64,000 bases of DNA from Candidatus Eiseniibacteriota bacterium (GCA_025351485.1 JANXVU010000147.1:6067-70066); one strand, 5' to 3'; counted from the stretch's first letter, positions 17,429-27,265 are shown. The notes: a model not told the origin generated them from the letters alone. Program-made: numbers and translations.

Positions 17429-19150
17429 TCAACTCTTCCCGGCGGGCGACGTTTCGGGGCGCTCGACTCCGTCTACGAACAGGAAGCGCTTCACCTTTCC
17501 CGTGGTCGTCCTCGGGAAATCCTCCCGGCGCAGCGCAAAGTCCCTCACTCGCTTGAAGTCCGCCAACTGGCTGCACACGCGGCTGACTTCCGCCTTCATG
17601 AACGTCTTCGCGGCAGCTTCGTCCGAGGCTCCGCCGGCTTCAGCCAGCTTCGCTTCCAGCCGTTCCCAATCGGGAAAGATCACGGCGCACACGTCCTCGT
17701 GCCCCACCCGGTCGCGCTTTCCGTAGACCATGGAATCCACGATGCATGGGCTCGCTTGCAGCGCGGCTTCGACCTCTTCCGGATAGATCTTCTTCCCGGC
17801 GCCGCTCGCGATCATGAGCTTGCTCCTGCCGCTCAGGTACAGGTAGCCGTCCTGGTCCAGGCGGCCCAGGTCTCCGGTGCGGAAGAAATCGCCGCTCATC
17901 ACCGAGGCGGTCAGATAGGGGTCGCCATAGTATCCCTGCATCACGTTTTCGCCGCGGGCCAGCACCTCGCCGACCCCGTCCGGCCCGGGGCGGTCGAGCA
18001 GGATCTCCACTCCCTGGATCGGCGGGCCCACGGAGCCTTCGCGGGCCTTGCCGGGCGGGTTCACCGTGAGCACCGGGGAGGTCTCCGTGAGGCCGTAGCC
18101 CTGCAGCATATCCACGCCCAGGGCGCGAAAACCGTGGAAGGCTTCCGGGCCCAGCGCGGCGGCGCCGGAGACGAAGAACTTCAGGTGCCGGATACCGGCC
18201 CGGGAGCGAATCGGAGCCAGCAGAACCCGGCCGAGCCCCATGGGCGCCCGGGTGCGGCGCAGGGCCCGGAACACCGGCAGGAAGATTCCGCGCGCGATCA
18301 GGTTGCCCTCGGCGAGCGTCCGCTCGATGCCGGCGATCATCTTGGAGTAGAGCAGCGGCACGCCCAGCATGAGCGTGGCCTGGCTGTCGCGCAGGTCTTC
18401 CATGAGTTCCCGGGATTTCAGGCTGCGCGAGTACACCACCGTGGCCCCGGCGCTCAGCGGCATCATCATTCCCATGGTGCACTCGAAGGTGTGGTGGAGC
18501 GGCAGGACCGACAGCAGGCGATCTCCGGGACCGATGGAAAATTCGGTCAGCACCGCGTTGACGTTGGTGGTGAGGTTCCGGTGGGAAAGCGCCACGGCCT
18601 TGGGCCGCCCGGTGGTCCCCGAAGTGAAGATGAGCGCCGCCAGGGATTCCGGGGAGACCCGCCGCTCGGCCAGTTGGGCGTGCCGGGTGGACTGGTCGCC
18701 CCGGGCCAGCGCCTGGGCGTAGCCGGCGTGGGCCCCGGCGGATTCGTCCAGGGAAAGGACTCTCACCCTGGGTAGCGCCGCCTTCACCACCGGCTCCAGG
18801 CGCTCGCTGGCGAAGACATATCGCAGTTCGGCGGCCTTGCCGATCTCCCCCACCTCCCGCTCCTTTAAGAGGGCGTCCATTGGAACGGCGATCCCGCCCG
18901 CCCGCTGCACCGCCAGGTAGGCGGCGCACCAGCGCGGACGGTTCTCGCTGAACACCCCGACGCGCTCCTCGCGCACCAGGCCCATCTCCAGCAGCGCCAG
19001 CGCCAGACGGGTGGTTTCCTGGTCCAGCTCGGCGAACGTAAAGGTTTCGCCCTCGCGATTGGCGCGCCGGGAGAAGAGTTTGTCGGGGTACAGGCGCGCG
19101 GACCGCTCCAGGATTTCCAGGACGGTGCGCGGCGGGGCGTTGGAGTCCAC
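17429..19150 (-). CDS. long-chain fatty-acid--CoA ligase (AMP-binding family)
   Basis: FTSGTTGRPKAVALSH (AMP-binding P-loop), GYGLTETS, FRTGDLG, GRSKLMIASGAGKKIYPEEVE (A8/A10). GTG start at 19148-19150. Confidence 0.9.
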   Translation of the reverse strand: MDSNAPPRTVLEILERSARLYPDKLFSRRANREGETFTFAELDQETTRLALALLEMGLVREERVGVFSENRPRWCAAYLAVQRAGGIAVPMDALLKEREVGEIGKAAELRYVFASERLEPVVKAALPRVRVLSLDESAGAHAGYAQALARGDQSTRHAQLAERRVSPESLAALIFTSGTTGRPKAVALSHRNLTTNVNAVLTEFSIGPGDRLLSVLPLHHTFECTMGMMMPLSAGATVVYSRSLKSRELMEDLRDSQATLMLGVPLLYSKMIAGIERTLAEGNLIARGIFLPVFRALRRTRAPMGLGRVLLAPIRSRAGIRHLKFFVSGAAALGPEAFHGFRALGVDMLQGYGLTETSPVLTVNPPGKAREGSVGPPIQGVEILLDRPGPDGVGEVLARGENVMQGYYGDPYLTASVMSGDFFRTGDLGRLDQDGYLYLSGRSKLMIASGAGKKIYPEEVEAALQASPCIVDSMVYGKRDRVGHEDVCAVIFPDWERLEAKLAEAGGASDEAAAKTFMKAEVSRVCSQLADFKRVRDFALRREDFPRTTTGKVKRFLFVDGVERPETSPAGKS

Positions 19151-19389
19151 TTGGGTTCGGCTACTCCTATGGATTCGGTGTCCCGGAATGGGGGCGCGGT
19201 CTTCCGGGGAGGGGTTCGGACCGCGGCGTGCCGTGGTGGGCGGCCGGAAACCCTTCTCTGGCGGGAAAGAATACCACCTTCCCCGCCCCTAACGAAGCCC
19301 GGACGGCCCGCCGATAACCCCGCGGAGAGAATATTTCCCGGCCCGCTCATTCCGCGACGCCGGAAACTGCCCCAAAATACGAGGGAACC

Positions 19390-21096
19390 ATGCCGGCAGA
19401 AACCCGGAAATCGCTCGGACAGTACCTGCTCGAGCGCAACCTGCTCTCCCGCGAGCAGCTGCAGACCGCGCTGAACGAGGCCCGCAAGCAGGGTATCTTC
19501 CTGCGCCAGTCCCTGGCCAAGATGAACCTGGTCAAGGAAGAGCACCTGCTGGACTACCTCGAGAACGAGCTGGGCATCCCGCGCATGGACCTGTCGTCCT
19601 ACGACAGCGACCCGGTGCTCCAGAAGCTGGTCCCGGAGCGGCTGGCCCGCAAGCACATGCTGCTGCCGGTCTTCAAGATCTCCAACATCCTCACGGTCGC
19701 CATGGTGGACCCGCTGGACATCATCGCGCTGGACGAGGTGAAGATGGCCTCCGGCTGCGAGGTGGAGGCGGTGGCTTCCCCCGAGTCGCAGATCCTGGAT
19801 GCCATCGACAAGTACTACCCGATGGGCCGGATGGTCGAAAGCCATGACCTTTCGGCCGACGAGCCGCGCGACGTGGACTTCATGGCCGAAACGGGCAAGC
19901 CGGTGGCGGCCGAGGAAGGCCCCATCGTCAAGCTGGTGAACGCGCTCATGACCCAGGCCATGCGCGAGAACGCGAGCGACATCCACATCGAACCCGAAGA
20001 GACCTGCATCCGGGTGCGCATCCGGGTGGACGGCATGCTCCGCGACGTGGGCACGCACCCCAAGGCGCTCCACAGCTCCATTGTCTCGCGCATCAAAGTG
20101 GTTTCGGAGATGGACATCTCCGAGCGCCGCGTGCCGCAGGACGGCCGCTTCAAGGTGAGCCTGGAGGGCAAGGAACTGGACCTGCGCGTGTCCACCTGCC
20201 CCACCATCCACGGCGAAAACGTGGTGATCCGGATCCTGCGCAAGGACGCGCTGGTACTGAGCCTGGATTCCATCGGGATGTCCGCGCGGGACCTGGTCCT
20301 GGTGCAGGGCATGATCGCCCGCCCGCACGGGATGCTGCTCGTGACCGGCCCGACCGGATCGGGCAAGACCACCACCCTGTACTCGTGCCTGAACGCGATC
20401 AACAACCCGAACCGCAACGTGGTGACGCTGGAAGACCCGGTGGAATACCGTCTCCCCTACGTGCGACAGACCCAGGTCGACCCGGAAGCGGGATTGACCT
20501 TTGCGCGCGGCCTGCGCTCGTTCCTGCGCCAGGATCCGGACGTGATCATGCTGGGCGAGATCCGCGACAGCGAAACCGCCGAAATCGCGATCCGCTCCGC
20601 GCTCACCGGCCACATGATGCTTTCGACGCTCCACACCAACGACGCGCCCAGCTCCCTGGCCCGGCTCCTGGACATGGGCATCGACCCGTTCCTGGTGTCG
20701 TCTTCGATCATCGGCGTGATCGCCCAGCGGCTGCTGCGCGGGGTGTGCGAGAAGTGCAAGGAACCCGAGGTGGTGCGCCCCGAGGTGCTCCTGCGCCTGG
20801 GCATGCGCGCGGCCGAGGACCAGTTCGTGCGCGGGGCCGGCTGCAAGGCCTGCAACGGCACCGGCCTCAAGGGCCGTCTGCCAGTGTTCGAAGTGCTGCA
20901 GGTGGACGACGAAGTGCGCGGCATGATCGCCCAGCGTGCCTCGTTCGAGGCGATCGGGCAGGCGGCCCGCCGCTCGGGCATGCGCACGCTGCGCGACGAC
21001 GCCCTGGACAAGGCGCGCCGCGGGCTGACCACCCTGGGCGAGGTCTCGCGCGTCACCGGCGAGGACCCGGAAGCGGTCCGCGAGGTGGCGGCTTGA
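19390..21096 (+). CDS. pilB: type IV pilus assembly / T2SS ATPase (PilB/GspE family)
   Basis: N-terminal GSPII domain LGQYLLERNLLSREQLQTAL; Walker A TGPTGSGKTTTLYS; Asp box; tetracysteine CEKCKE...GCKACNGTG. Confidence 0.9.
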   Translation: MPAETRKSLGQYLLERNLLSREQLQTALNEARKQGIFLRQSLAKMNLVKEEHLLDYLENELGIPRMDLSSYDSDPVLQKLVPERLARKHMLLPVFKISNILTVAMVDPLDIIALDEVKMASGCEVEAVASPESQILDAIDKYYPMGRMVESHDLSADEPRDVDFMAETGKPVAAEEGPIVKLVNALMTQAMRENASDIHIEPEETCIRVRIRVDGMLRDVGTHPKALHSSIVSRIKVVSEMDISERRVPQDGRFKVSLEGKELDLRVSTCPTIHGENVVIRILRKDALVLSLDSIGMSARDLVLVQGMIARPHGMLLVTGPTGSGKTTTLYSCLNAINNPNRNVVTLEDPVEYRLPYVRQTQVDPEAGLTFARGLRSFLRQDPDVIMLGEIRDSETAEIAIRSALTGHMMLSTLHTNDAPSSLARLLDMGIDPFLVSSSIIGVIAQRLLRGVCEKCKEPEVVRPEVLLRLGMRAAEDQFVRGAGCKACNGTGLKGRLPVFEVLQVDDEVRGMIAQRASFEAIGQAARRSGMRTLRDDALDKARRGLTTLGEVSRVTGEDPEAVREVAA

Positions 21097-21143
21097 GCAT
21101 GGCCCGGGGCCTTCGGTACGCCGAAGGGACGGAGGGCTAGCCG

Positions 21144-22376
21144 ATGGCGGCCTACGAATTCAAGGCGCGCGAGCGCGCGGGCGCGGTGCGCGAGGGCGTG
21201 CTGCACGCCGAAGGCGAAGCGGAAGTCCTGAAATTGCTCGAAGAGCAGGGGCTGCTCCCCATCCGCATCGTGAAGCAGGCGGCCGCGGACAATCCCCGGC
21301 CCGCGGGATCCGTCCCCTCGATCCCCTTCATGGCCCGGAAGGTCCCGGTCAACGAACTGATCATCTTCACCCGCCAGCTCGAGACGCTGCTCGACGCCGG
21401 CATCCCGATCACGCAGAGCCTGGAGATCCTGGAGGACCAGACCCCGGGCCAGCAGCTCCGCGAAGCCACCGGCCGGGTGCGGGAATCGGTCCAGCAGGGC
21501 GACAGCATGGCCGAGGCGCTGGCCCGCGAGCCGCTGGCGTTCCCCCTGCTGTACGTGAACATGATGCGGGCCGGCGAAGAAGGCGGTGTGATGGCCGCCA
21601 TGCTGGAGCGCACCGCCACCCTGATGGAGCACGAGGCCGAGACCCGCGAGCGCGTCAAGTCGGCGCTGTTCTACCCGCAGCTCATCCTGGGCGAGCTGGT
21701 GCTGGCGTTCGCGGTGCTGGTGAAATTCGTCCTTCCCCGCTACAACGCATTCTTCAAGGGCATGGGCGCCAAACTGCCGCTCCCGACGCGGATGCTGATC
21801 GCCATGGACGTGTTCATGGAACAGCACGGCCTGGTGGTGCTGGTGGCCGCCGTGGCCCTGGTGGGGCTGTTCATGTACCTGGTCCGGCTTCCGGCCGGAC
21901 GCTGGAAGTTTCACGAGTTCCAGATCCGCGTGCCGCTGTTCGGCGAGATCGTGCTCAAGAGCATCATGTCCAGGTTCGCGCGGGTCCTCGCAGCATTGAT
22001 CGATTCGGGCATCCCGATCACGGTCGGGCTCGATATCTCCCGCCGGGTCGCCGAGAACCTGGTGGTCGAGCGCGAGATCGAGCGGATGCACGAGGGGATC
22101 ATCTCGGGCCGCGGGGTGACCGGATCGCTCAAGGGCGGCAAGGTGTTCCCGCCGCTGGTGGTCAAGATGCTGGCCGTGGGCGAGGAGACCGGCACGATGG
22201 ACAAGATGCTGCTCAAGGTGAGCGCCTATTTCGACCGCGACGTCGAGTACGCGGTGAAGAACCTGACCCAGGCCATCGAGCCGATCCTGCTGGTGATCAT
22301 GGGCGTGGCGGTGCTGTTCATCGCGCTGGCCGTATTCCTCCCCATGTGGAACCTGATGCAGGCCATGACCCACTAG
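21144..22376 (+). CDS. pilC: type IV pilus inner-membrane platform protein (PilC/GspF family)
   Basis: Two T2SSF domains (ELIIFTRQLETLLDAGIPITQSLEIL... and LKSIMSRFARVLAALIDSGIPITVGLDI...) with 3 TM segments. Confidence 0.9.
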   Translation: MAAYEFKARERAGAVREGVLHAEGEAEVLKLLEEQGLLPIRIVKQAAADNPRPAGSVPSIPFMARKVPVNELIIFTRQLETLLDAGIPITQSLEILEDQTPGQQLREATGRVRESVQQGDSMAEALAREPLAFPLLYVNMMRAGEEGGVMAAMLERTATLMEHEAETRERVKSALFYPQLILGELVLAFAVLVKFVLPRYNAFFKGMGAKLPLPTRMLIAMDVFMEQHGLVVLVAAVALVGLFMYLVRLPAGRWKFHEFQIRVPLFGEIVLKSIMSRFARVLAALIDSGIPITVGLDISRRVAENLVVEREIERMHEGIISGRGVTGSLKGGKVFPPLVVKMLAVGEETGTMDKMLLKVSAYFDRDVEYAVKNLTQAIEPILLVIMGVAVLFIALAVFLPMWNLMQAMTH

Positions 22377-22700
22377 AAGGCCCCGGCCCGGCCGGCGGCC
22401 GAATGGGATTCCCGGGGCCAATCCCGGCGCCGGCCCCCCGGTGCCGGGTTCCCGGCCCGCCGGGCCCCGATTCCCAACTTCAATCATCCCAACGTTTTTC
22501 CGCTTTCCCGTGCCATGGGTAATTGAGCCGGAATCCCTCTCAAACCGCTCAAGATGCAATCCGCCCCTCCCGATACATATCTCGTGACACCCCCGCCCCC
22601 GGGCGGGCGCCAGCAGGTCGCGTTCGTTTCGCCGTCAGGCGGCCCGGGCAGCGGCCCGGTACGCCGCCACCGCGGCAATTCCACACAGGAGGAAGTTCCC

Positions 22701-23084
22701 GTGAAACTCATCCGCAGCCAGCGTGGCTTCACGCTCATCGAGCTCGTGATCGTCATCGTGATCCTGGGCATCATCGCTTCGATCGCCCTTCCGAAGTATG
22801 AAGACATGCGCGAGAACGCCCGTTCGGCCGCCATCAAGGGCCAGCTGGGCGCCATCCGCGCGGCGGTCGCCATCCAGTACGCCAAGACCTCGTTGACCAC
22901 CAACGCGGCGGCCTTCCCCAGCCTGACCGGCGCCATCTTCGCCGACGGACAGATCCCGCTGGAGCCGGTGACCAACGTGCGCACGGTCAAGGCCACCAGC
23001 GGCGTGGACAACGCGGGCGGCTGGCAGTACCTGTCGGCCACCGGCGTCGTGAAGTGCAACCTGAACTCCTACTCGAGCTACTAA
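22701..23084 (+). CDS. pilA: type IV pilin (class III prepilin signal)
   Basis: AGGAGG RBS then GTG 22701. (M)KLIRSQRG|FTLIELVIVIVILGIIASIALPKY is the canonical prepilin cleavage/methylation motif. 127 aa with a single Cys and a C-terminus ...NLNSYSSY. Confidence 0.85.
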   Translation: MKLIRSQRGFTLIELVIVIVILGIIASIALPKYEDMRENARSAAIKGQLGAIRAAVAIQYAKTSLTTNAAAFPSLTGAIFADGQIPLEPVTNVRTVKATSGVDNAGGWQYLSATGVVKCNLNSYSSY

Positions 23085-23094
23085 GGGACCGCAG

Positions 23095-24945
23095 GTGAGG
23101 TTCACGGGAACCACCACGCAGCGTCCTGGGGGCGCGCCGGGCCAGTCCCGGCGCGCCTTCCCCGAAGCCGCGTTGGTGGCCCTGGCCGGGGGCGTCGCGT
23201 TCCTGGCGACGGCCTCGCGCGACCTGGCGGCGGGCGATTCGGGGGAGCTTCTCCTGGCCGCCCGGACGTTCGGCATCCCGCATCCTCCCGGGTACCCCCT
23301 GTGGGTGCTGCTGGCGGGGCTCTTCGGAATGATCCCGGTTGGAACGTTCGCGCTTCGCGTGGCGCTCCTCTCGGTGCTGTCCGCTTCCGTGGGCCTGGGA
23401 ATCCTCTACCTGATCATGCGTCGCTGCGGCCTGGACCGGCCCGTGTGCGCCGCCTCGACCCTGGCGCTCGCGTTTACCCCGCAGTTCTGGTCATCGGCCG
23501 GATCGGTGGAGGTGTACGCGCTGGCGTTCGCGGTGGACGCGGCTGCGGCATGGACGGCCTGGAACTACGTCGAGCTCGGCGGACCGAGGCGGCTCTTCGC
23601 GTGCATGACGCTCGCGGGACTCGCCCTTGTTTCGCACCAGAGCGCGGCGGTCTTCCTGCCGCTGCTTCTCATGGTGACCGCGCCAAGGATGGCGAGGGAC
23701 GGCATCCGGGGATGCATGCTGGCGGCCGCCGGCCTGGTCACGGGCCTCCTGCCGTTCGCGTGGCTGCCCCTGCGTTCCTCCCAGCATCCGGTGTTGGACT
23801 GGGGCCATGACGCCAACCCGGTCCGGCTCCTGGCGAACCTGAGCCGTGCCTGCTACGGGGATGTTGCCCAGCATGCGTTCAGCTGGGGACGCCTGGGCCG
23901 CGAAATGGCGTTCTTCGGATCGCAGCAGGTATCGGAGTGGGGGGTCGGCATGGTGTTCGCGGCGCTCGCAGGGTTCGTGCTGTGGGCCTTTCGCAGCCGG
24001 CGCGGAGCGACCCTGGGAATCGTGGCGCTGCTGTCACTCCCGTTTGGACTGGCCGTGATCTTGAATTTTGAACCCGATCCCACGCACGCCTTCCAGGTTT
24101 CGCAGTTCCTGATGCCGGTCTCGGCGGTGATGGCGATCGCCATCGCCCACGGTCTCGCGCCGCTGCTGCGTTCCCCTGCCAGGATCCCGGCGCTGACGCT
24201 GATGGCCGCGTGGGTGCTGGGCGGCGCGGCGGCCCACTATCCGCTGGCCGACCAGCACGACCTGCATCTGGCCCGCCGCTACGGCCAGGACCTGCTCGCC
24301 GGCCTGCCGCGCGGGGCCACGCTGTTCGTGGAAGGCGACAACGAGACCTTCACCGTGGCCTACCTCCAGAAGGCGGAGGGGCTTCGTCCGGACGTGCGGG
24401 TGATTCACCGCAAAGGATTTGTGTTCGAGGATCCCTACGGGCTGGCTTCGCTTCCGCGCCGGGAGTGGCCCGCCCGCCAGCGCGCGGTGGAAGCCTCGCT
24501 CCTCTCTGCGATCCGGGGCCCGGTCTATTCCACCTCGGACATGCCGCTGCCGACTGGTTTCGGGCTGGAACCCGTGGGCCTGGTCTCCCGGGTGGTGCGC
24601 GGCCAGGTCGTTCCCGCCCCGGCTGCGGTGCCGGCGTTGTCGGCCGACCTCGCCCGGGTGCGGCGCACCGACTACGTCACGCGCAAACTGGCCGTGAGCT
24701 ACCTGGAAGGGGACGCGCGCGAGGCGTTGCGCCGCGGCTCGCTCATGCAGGCGGTGGAGGCCTACCGAAGGCTGGCCTACGTGGCCTACGACTTTCCCGA
24801 GGCTCATTACGACCTGAGCCGTCTCTTGCTTCTCGACGGGCAGCGCGATGCCGCCCGGGCCGAGTTTCTAACCGCGCTCCACCTGGCGCCGCACGAAGTG
24901 TGGCTGCGCGAGGAAGGTCGCAAGATGGGATTCGTGCTCTCATGA
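23095..24945 (+). CDS. DUF2723-family polytopic membrane protein (GT-C-like, PMT/ArnT-type fold) with C-terminal TPR repeats
   Basis: ...DSGELLLAARTFGIPHPPGYPLWVLLAGLFGMIPVGTFALRV... is the DUF2723 signature, with more than 10 TM helices. C-terminal TPR-like ...QAVEAYRRLAYVAYDFPEAHYDLSRLLLLDGQRDAARAEFLTALHLAP. GTG start at 23095. Confidence 0.7.
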   Translation: MRFTGTTTQRPGGAPGQSRRAFPEAALVALAGGVAFLATASRDLAAGDSGELLLAARTFGIPHPPGYPLWVLLAGLFGMIPVGTFALRVALLSVLSASVGLGILYLIMRRCGLDRPVCAASTLALAFTPQFWSSAGSVEVYALAFAVDAAAAWTAWNYVELGGPRRLFACMTLAGLALVSHQSAAVFLPLLLMVTAPRMARDGIRGCMLAAAGLVTGLLPFAWLPLRSSQHPVLDWGHDANPVRLLANLSRACYGDVAQHAFSWGRLGREMAFFGSQQVSEWGVGMVFAALAGFVLWAFRSRRGATLGIVALLSLPFGLAVILNFEPDPTHAFQVSQFLMPVSAVMAIAIAHGLAPLLRSPARIPALTLMAAWVLGGAAAHYPLADQHDLHLARRYGQDLLAGLPRGATLFVEGDNETFTVAYLQKAEGLRPDVRVIHRKGFVFEDPYGLASLPRREWPARQRAVEASLLSAIRGPVYSTSDMPLPTGFGLEPVGLVSRVVRGQVVPAPAAVPALSADLARVRRTDYVTRKLAVSYLEGDAREALRRGSLMQAVEAYRRLAYVAYDFPEAHYDLSRLLLLDGQRDAARAEFLTALHLAPHEVWLREEGRKMGFVLS

Positions 24946-26702
24946 GCCTCAAGCCGCCTGCCGTGATTGAGTTCGGCAACCTGCTGGGCAGGGGCCGCGC
25001 GCTGATTGCCTCCCTGGGCCGGCCCGGCCGCTCTGCCGCTGTGCGGGGAGAGCTGGTGGGCGTGGACCTGGGAGGCAGCAGCATCAAGCTGACCCGGATG
25101 CGCCGCGGCAAGGGCAGGCCGCAGCTGCTGGACTTTGCCGAGCTCGCGCTTCCCCCGGCGGAGGCGTTCGCCAAGGAGTCGCGCACCGGGGCGCTCAAGG
25201 AGGGGCTCGCGGAGCTGGTGCGCACCCATCGCCTCAAGGGCAAGCAGGCGGTCGGCCTGGTCTACGGGCTGGACGTGGTGCTGCGCCGGACCATCATGCC
25301 CAGCATGCCCCACGCCGACCTGCATTCGGCGCTGGAGCTGGAAGCCCACAAGTACGTGCCCTTTCCCCCCGACCGGATCGCGCTGGACTACGAGGTGATC
25401 GGCCCCACGGCCGACGCCGGCCAGGTGGAAGTCCTGGTGGCGGCGTGCGACCGCGAACGACTGGCGGAGATCTACGAGATCCTTTCTTCGGCCGGGCTCA
25501 AGGTGCGCGGGATCACGGTCCCTCCGCTGGCCTTCCGAAACGTGATGCGCCACACCAGTCTCGCGGGCAGCCAGGAAGTGACCGCGTTCTTCGACGTGGG
25601 CCATCACTCGATCAACCTGTGCATCTTCAAGCGCGACGAGCTGCGCTTTTCGCGCGAGCTCTCGCTGGGCAGCCACGCGTTCACCGAAGCGCTCCGCACC
25701 ATCATCGTGCCGGGGCAGGGCACCATCAAGCTCACCGAGGAAGAGGCCGAGCGCCTCAAGCTGGAGCACGGCATCCCGATGGGCGAGGACGAGAAGAAGA
25801 TCGTGGGCGGAATCGCGCTCGCCAACGTGACCGTCATGCTCCGGCCCACGCTGGAAAGGCTGACCCGCGAGATCTGGAGCTCGTTCGACTACTGCAACGA
25901 GGAGTTCTTCGGCGAATCGGTGCAGCGGGTGTTCCTGACCGGGCGGGGTGCGCGGCTGAAGAACCTGCCGGCCTACCTGGAGTCGGTGCTGCGCGTGCCG
26001 GTATCTCTTTTCGACGTGGGGACGGAGTTCGGCATCTCCGGCGAGCGGACAGCCGGCGAGTTGGACGGGCTCGGCTTCGCCCCGGCGCTGAGCCTGGAGG
26101 ACTTTGCCGGGATCAACCTGGAGCGCGCGCTGCTGCCGGCCGAGGTCGCTCCCATCCGGGTCGTGGCCGGCTACCTCACCGTGCCGCGAATGGCGACCGC
26201 CGCGCTGCTGGCGGTGGCCGTGGACGCCTCGCTGCTGGAGCTTCATCACAATGGCGTGCAGCAGCGGCTTTCGGCGATGGAAGCCGCGCAGGCCCGCATG
26301 ACCCAGGAAGCCCCGGAATTGACCAGGATCCAGTCGCGCATGAAGGCAAGCCAGAACCGCGCCGCCATCCGCGCCCAGCTTTCGATGGGATCGCCGGACT
26401 GGTCGCTGGTCTTGAAAGATCTGTCGCTGCGCATCGGCCCCCGGGTCCGGTTGCGTGAGATACGCCCCGAGATGACGCATCCCGACCAGGCCTCCCAGCC
26501 CGGCGCGCTTCCCGAGCAGCGGCTGCTCCTGGATGGGAACGTGGACAAGTGGGTGGACCGGCCGGAACTGGAAGTGGCGTCCACCATGCGCTCCCTGATG
26601 GCTTCGGCCTTCTTCAGCGACGTGCGCCTGGTGGAGAGCTCGCCGAGCGATTCGAACGGGACGCGCGTGGTGATCTCTTGCGCATTGCGGGGTGGCCAGT
26701 GA
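24942..26702 (+). CDS. pilMN: fused PilM (actin-like ATPase) / PilN type IV pilus alignment protein
   Basis: ATG 24942 overlaps the upstream stop (ATGA). The N-terminal 350 aa LVGVDLGGSSIKLTRM...GYDLGHHSINLCIF... is PilM/FtsA-like. The C-terminal 230 aa has a TM helix (RMATAALLAVAVDASLL), a coiled coil and a PilN-like periplasmic part. The listed ORF 24210..26702 has an artefactual 244-aa N-terminus. Confidence 0.8.
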   Translation: MSLKPPAVIEFGNLLGRGRALIASLGRPGRSAAVRGELVGVDLGGSSIKLTRMRRGKGRPQLLDFAELALPPAEAFAKESRTGALKEGLAELVRTHRLKGKQAVGLVYGLDVVLRRTIMPSMPHADLHSALELEAHKYVPFPPDRIALDYEVIGPTADAGQVEVLVAACDRERLAEIYEILSSAGLKVRGITVPPLAFRNVMRHTSLAGSQEVTAFFDVGHHSINLCIFKRDELRFSRELSLGSHAFTEALRTIIVPGQGTIKLTEEEAERLKLEHGIPMGEDEKKIVGGIALANVTVMLRPTLERLTREIWSSFDYCNEEFFGESVQRVFLTGRGARLKNLPAYLESVLRVPVSLFDVGTEFGISGERTAGELDGLGFAPALSLEDFAGINLERALLPAEVAPIRVVAGYLTVPRMATAALLAVAVDASLLELHHNGVQQRLSAMEAAQARMTQEAPELTRIQSRMKASQNRAAIRAQLSMGSPDWSLVLKDLSLRIGPRVRLREIRPEMTHPDQASQPGALPEQRLLLDGNVDKWVDRPELEVASTMRSLMASAFFSDVRLVESSPSDSNGTRVVISCALRGGQ

Positions 26703-27265
26703 AAGAACCGATCAACCAGGCATCCCGGCGGGCCGTGACCGCGATCGTGATCGCGGCGGTGGCCGTGGCGGCCTTCCACGCGCTGGCCCTCGCGCCGCGC
26801 CGCGTCCAGACCCGCAACCTGGAAGTGCAGGCGGCCTCGCTGGCGTACCAGCAGGCGGCGCAGCTCCAGGACACCCGGGAATTGACCGACTGGCTCAAGG
26901 AGCACGTGGGCGCCGCGCCCACCCTGCCGCCGGAGCCGGTCAGCTCCGCCTCGGCCGTGCCGACGCTGCTCCAGAAGATGGCGGACATCGGAAGCAAGCA
27001 CGGCATCCAGGTGGTCAGCGTCAGGCCCGATGCCCCGGAAGCCCCGGTGACCGTGAACACCGGCGACGGCGAGACCCGCACCTATGCGCGCATCCCGGTG
27101 CACCTGACCGCCCGCGCCGATTACCGGGCGCTGGGCGCGTTCCTGGAAGAGCTCCGGGCCCAGGGGGATCTGGCCGTGGTGCGCAGCGTCCACCTCAGCC
27201 TGGACGTCCCGCACCACGCGTGGAACGTGGACCTCCTGGTGGACGCGTTCGGGAGGATCTCCTGA
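26699..27265 (+). CDS. pilO: PilO-like type IV pilus assembly protein
   Basis: GTG 26699 overlaps the pilMN stop (GTGA). TM helix AVTAIVIAAVAVAAFHALAL, a coiled coil, and a C-terminal IPVHLTARADYRALGAFLEELRAQGDLAVVRSVHLS ferredoxin-like PilO/GspM domain. Confidence 0.65.
   Translation: MKEPINQASRRAVTAIVIAAVAVAAFHALALAPRRVQTRNLEVQAASLAYQQAAQLQDTRELTDWLKEHVGAAPTLPPEPVSSASAVPTLLQKMADIGSKHGIQVVSVRPDAPEAPVTVNTGDGETRTYARIPVHLTARADYRALGAFLEELRAQGDLAVVRSVHLSLDVPHHAWNVDLLVDAFGRIS

Noticed and set aside
17318-20634. ORFs 17318..18775+, 17640..18929-, 18865..20634-
   Set aside because: Alternate or antisense frames of the acyl-CoA ligase and pilB genes. Low-complexity Arg/Gly/Pro-rich translations.
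20457-22559. 700-aa minus-strand ORF
   Set aside because: Antisense to pilB and pilC, which have unambiguous motifs. The product has no domains.
22377-22700. Possible sigma-54 promoter upstream of the pilin gene
   Set aside because: No TGGCAC-N5-TTGCW match on the plus strand, only GC-rich cccgg repeats. Left as unassigned promoter region.
24210-24941. 244-codon N-terminal extension of the pilMN ORF
   Set aside because: It overlaps the DUF2723 gene in another frame with Arg/Pro/Gly-rich composition. The true start is ATG 24942, coupled to the upstream stop.
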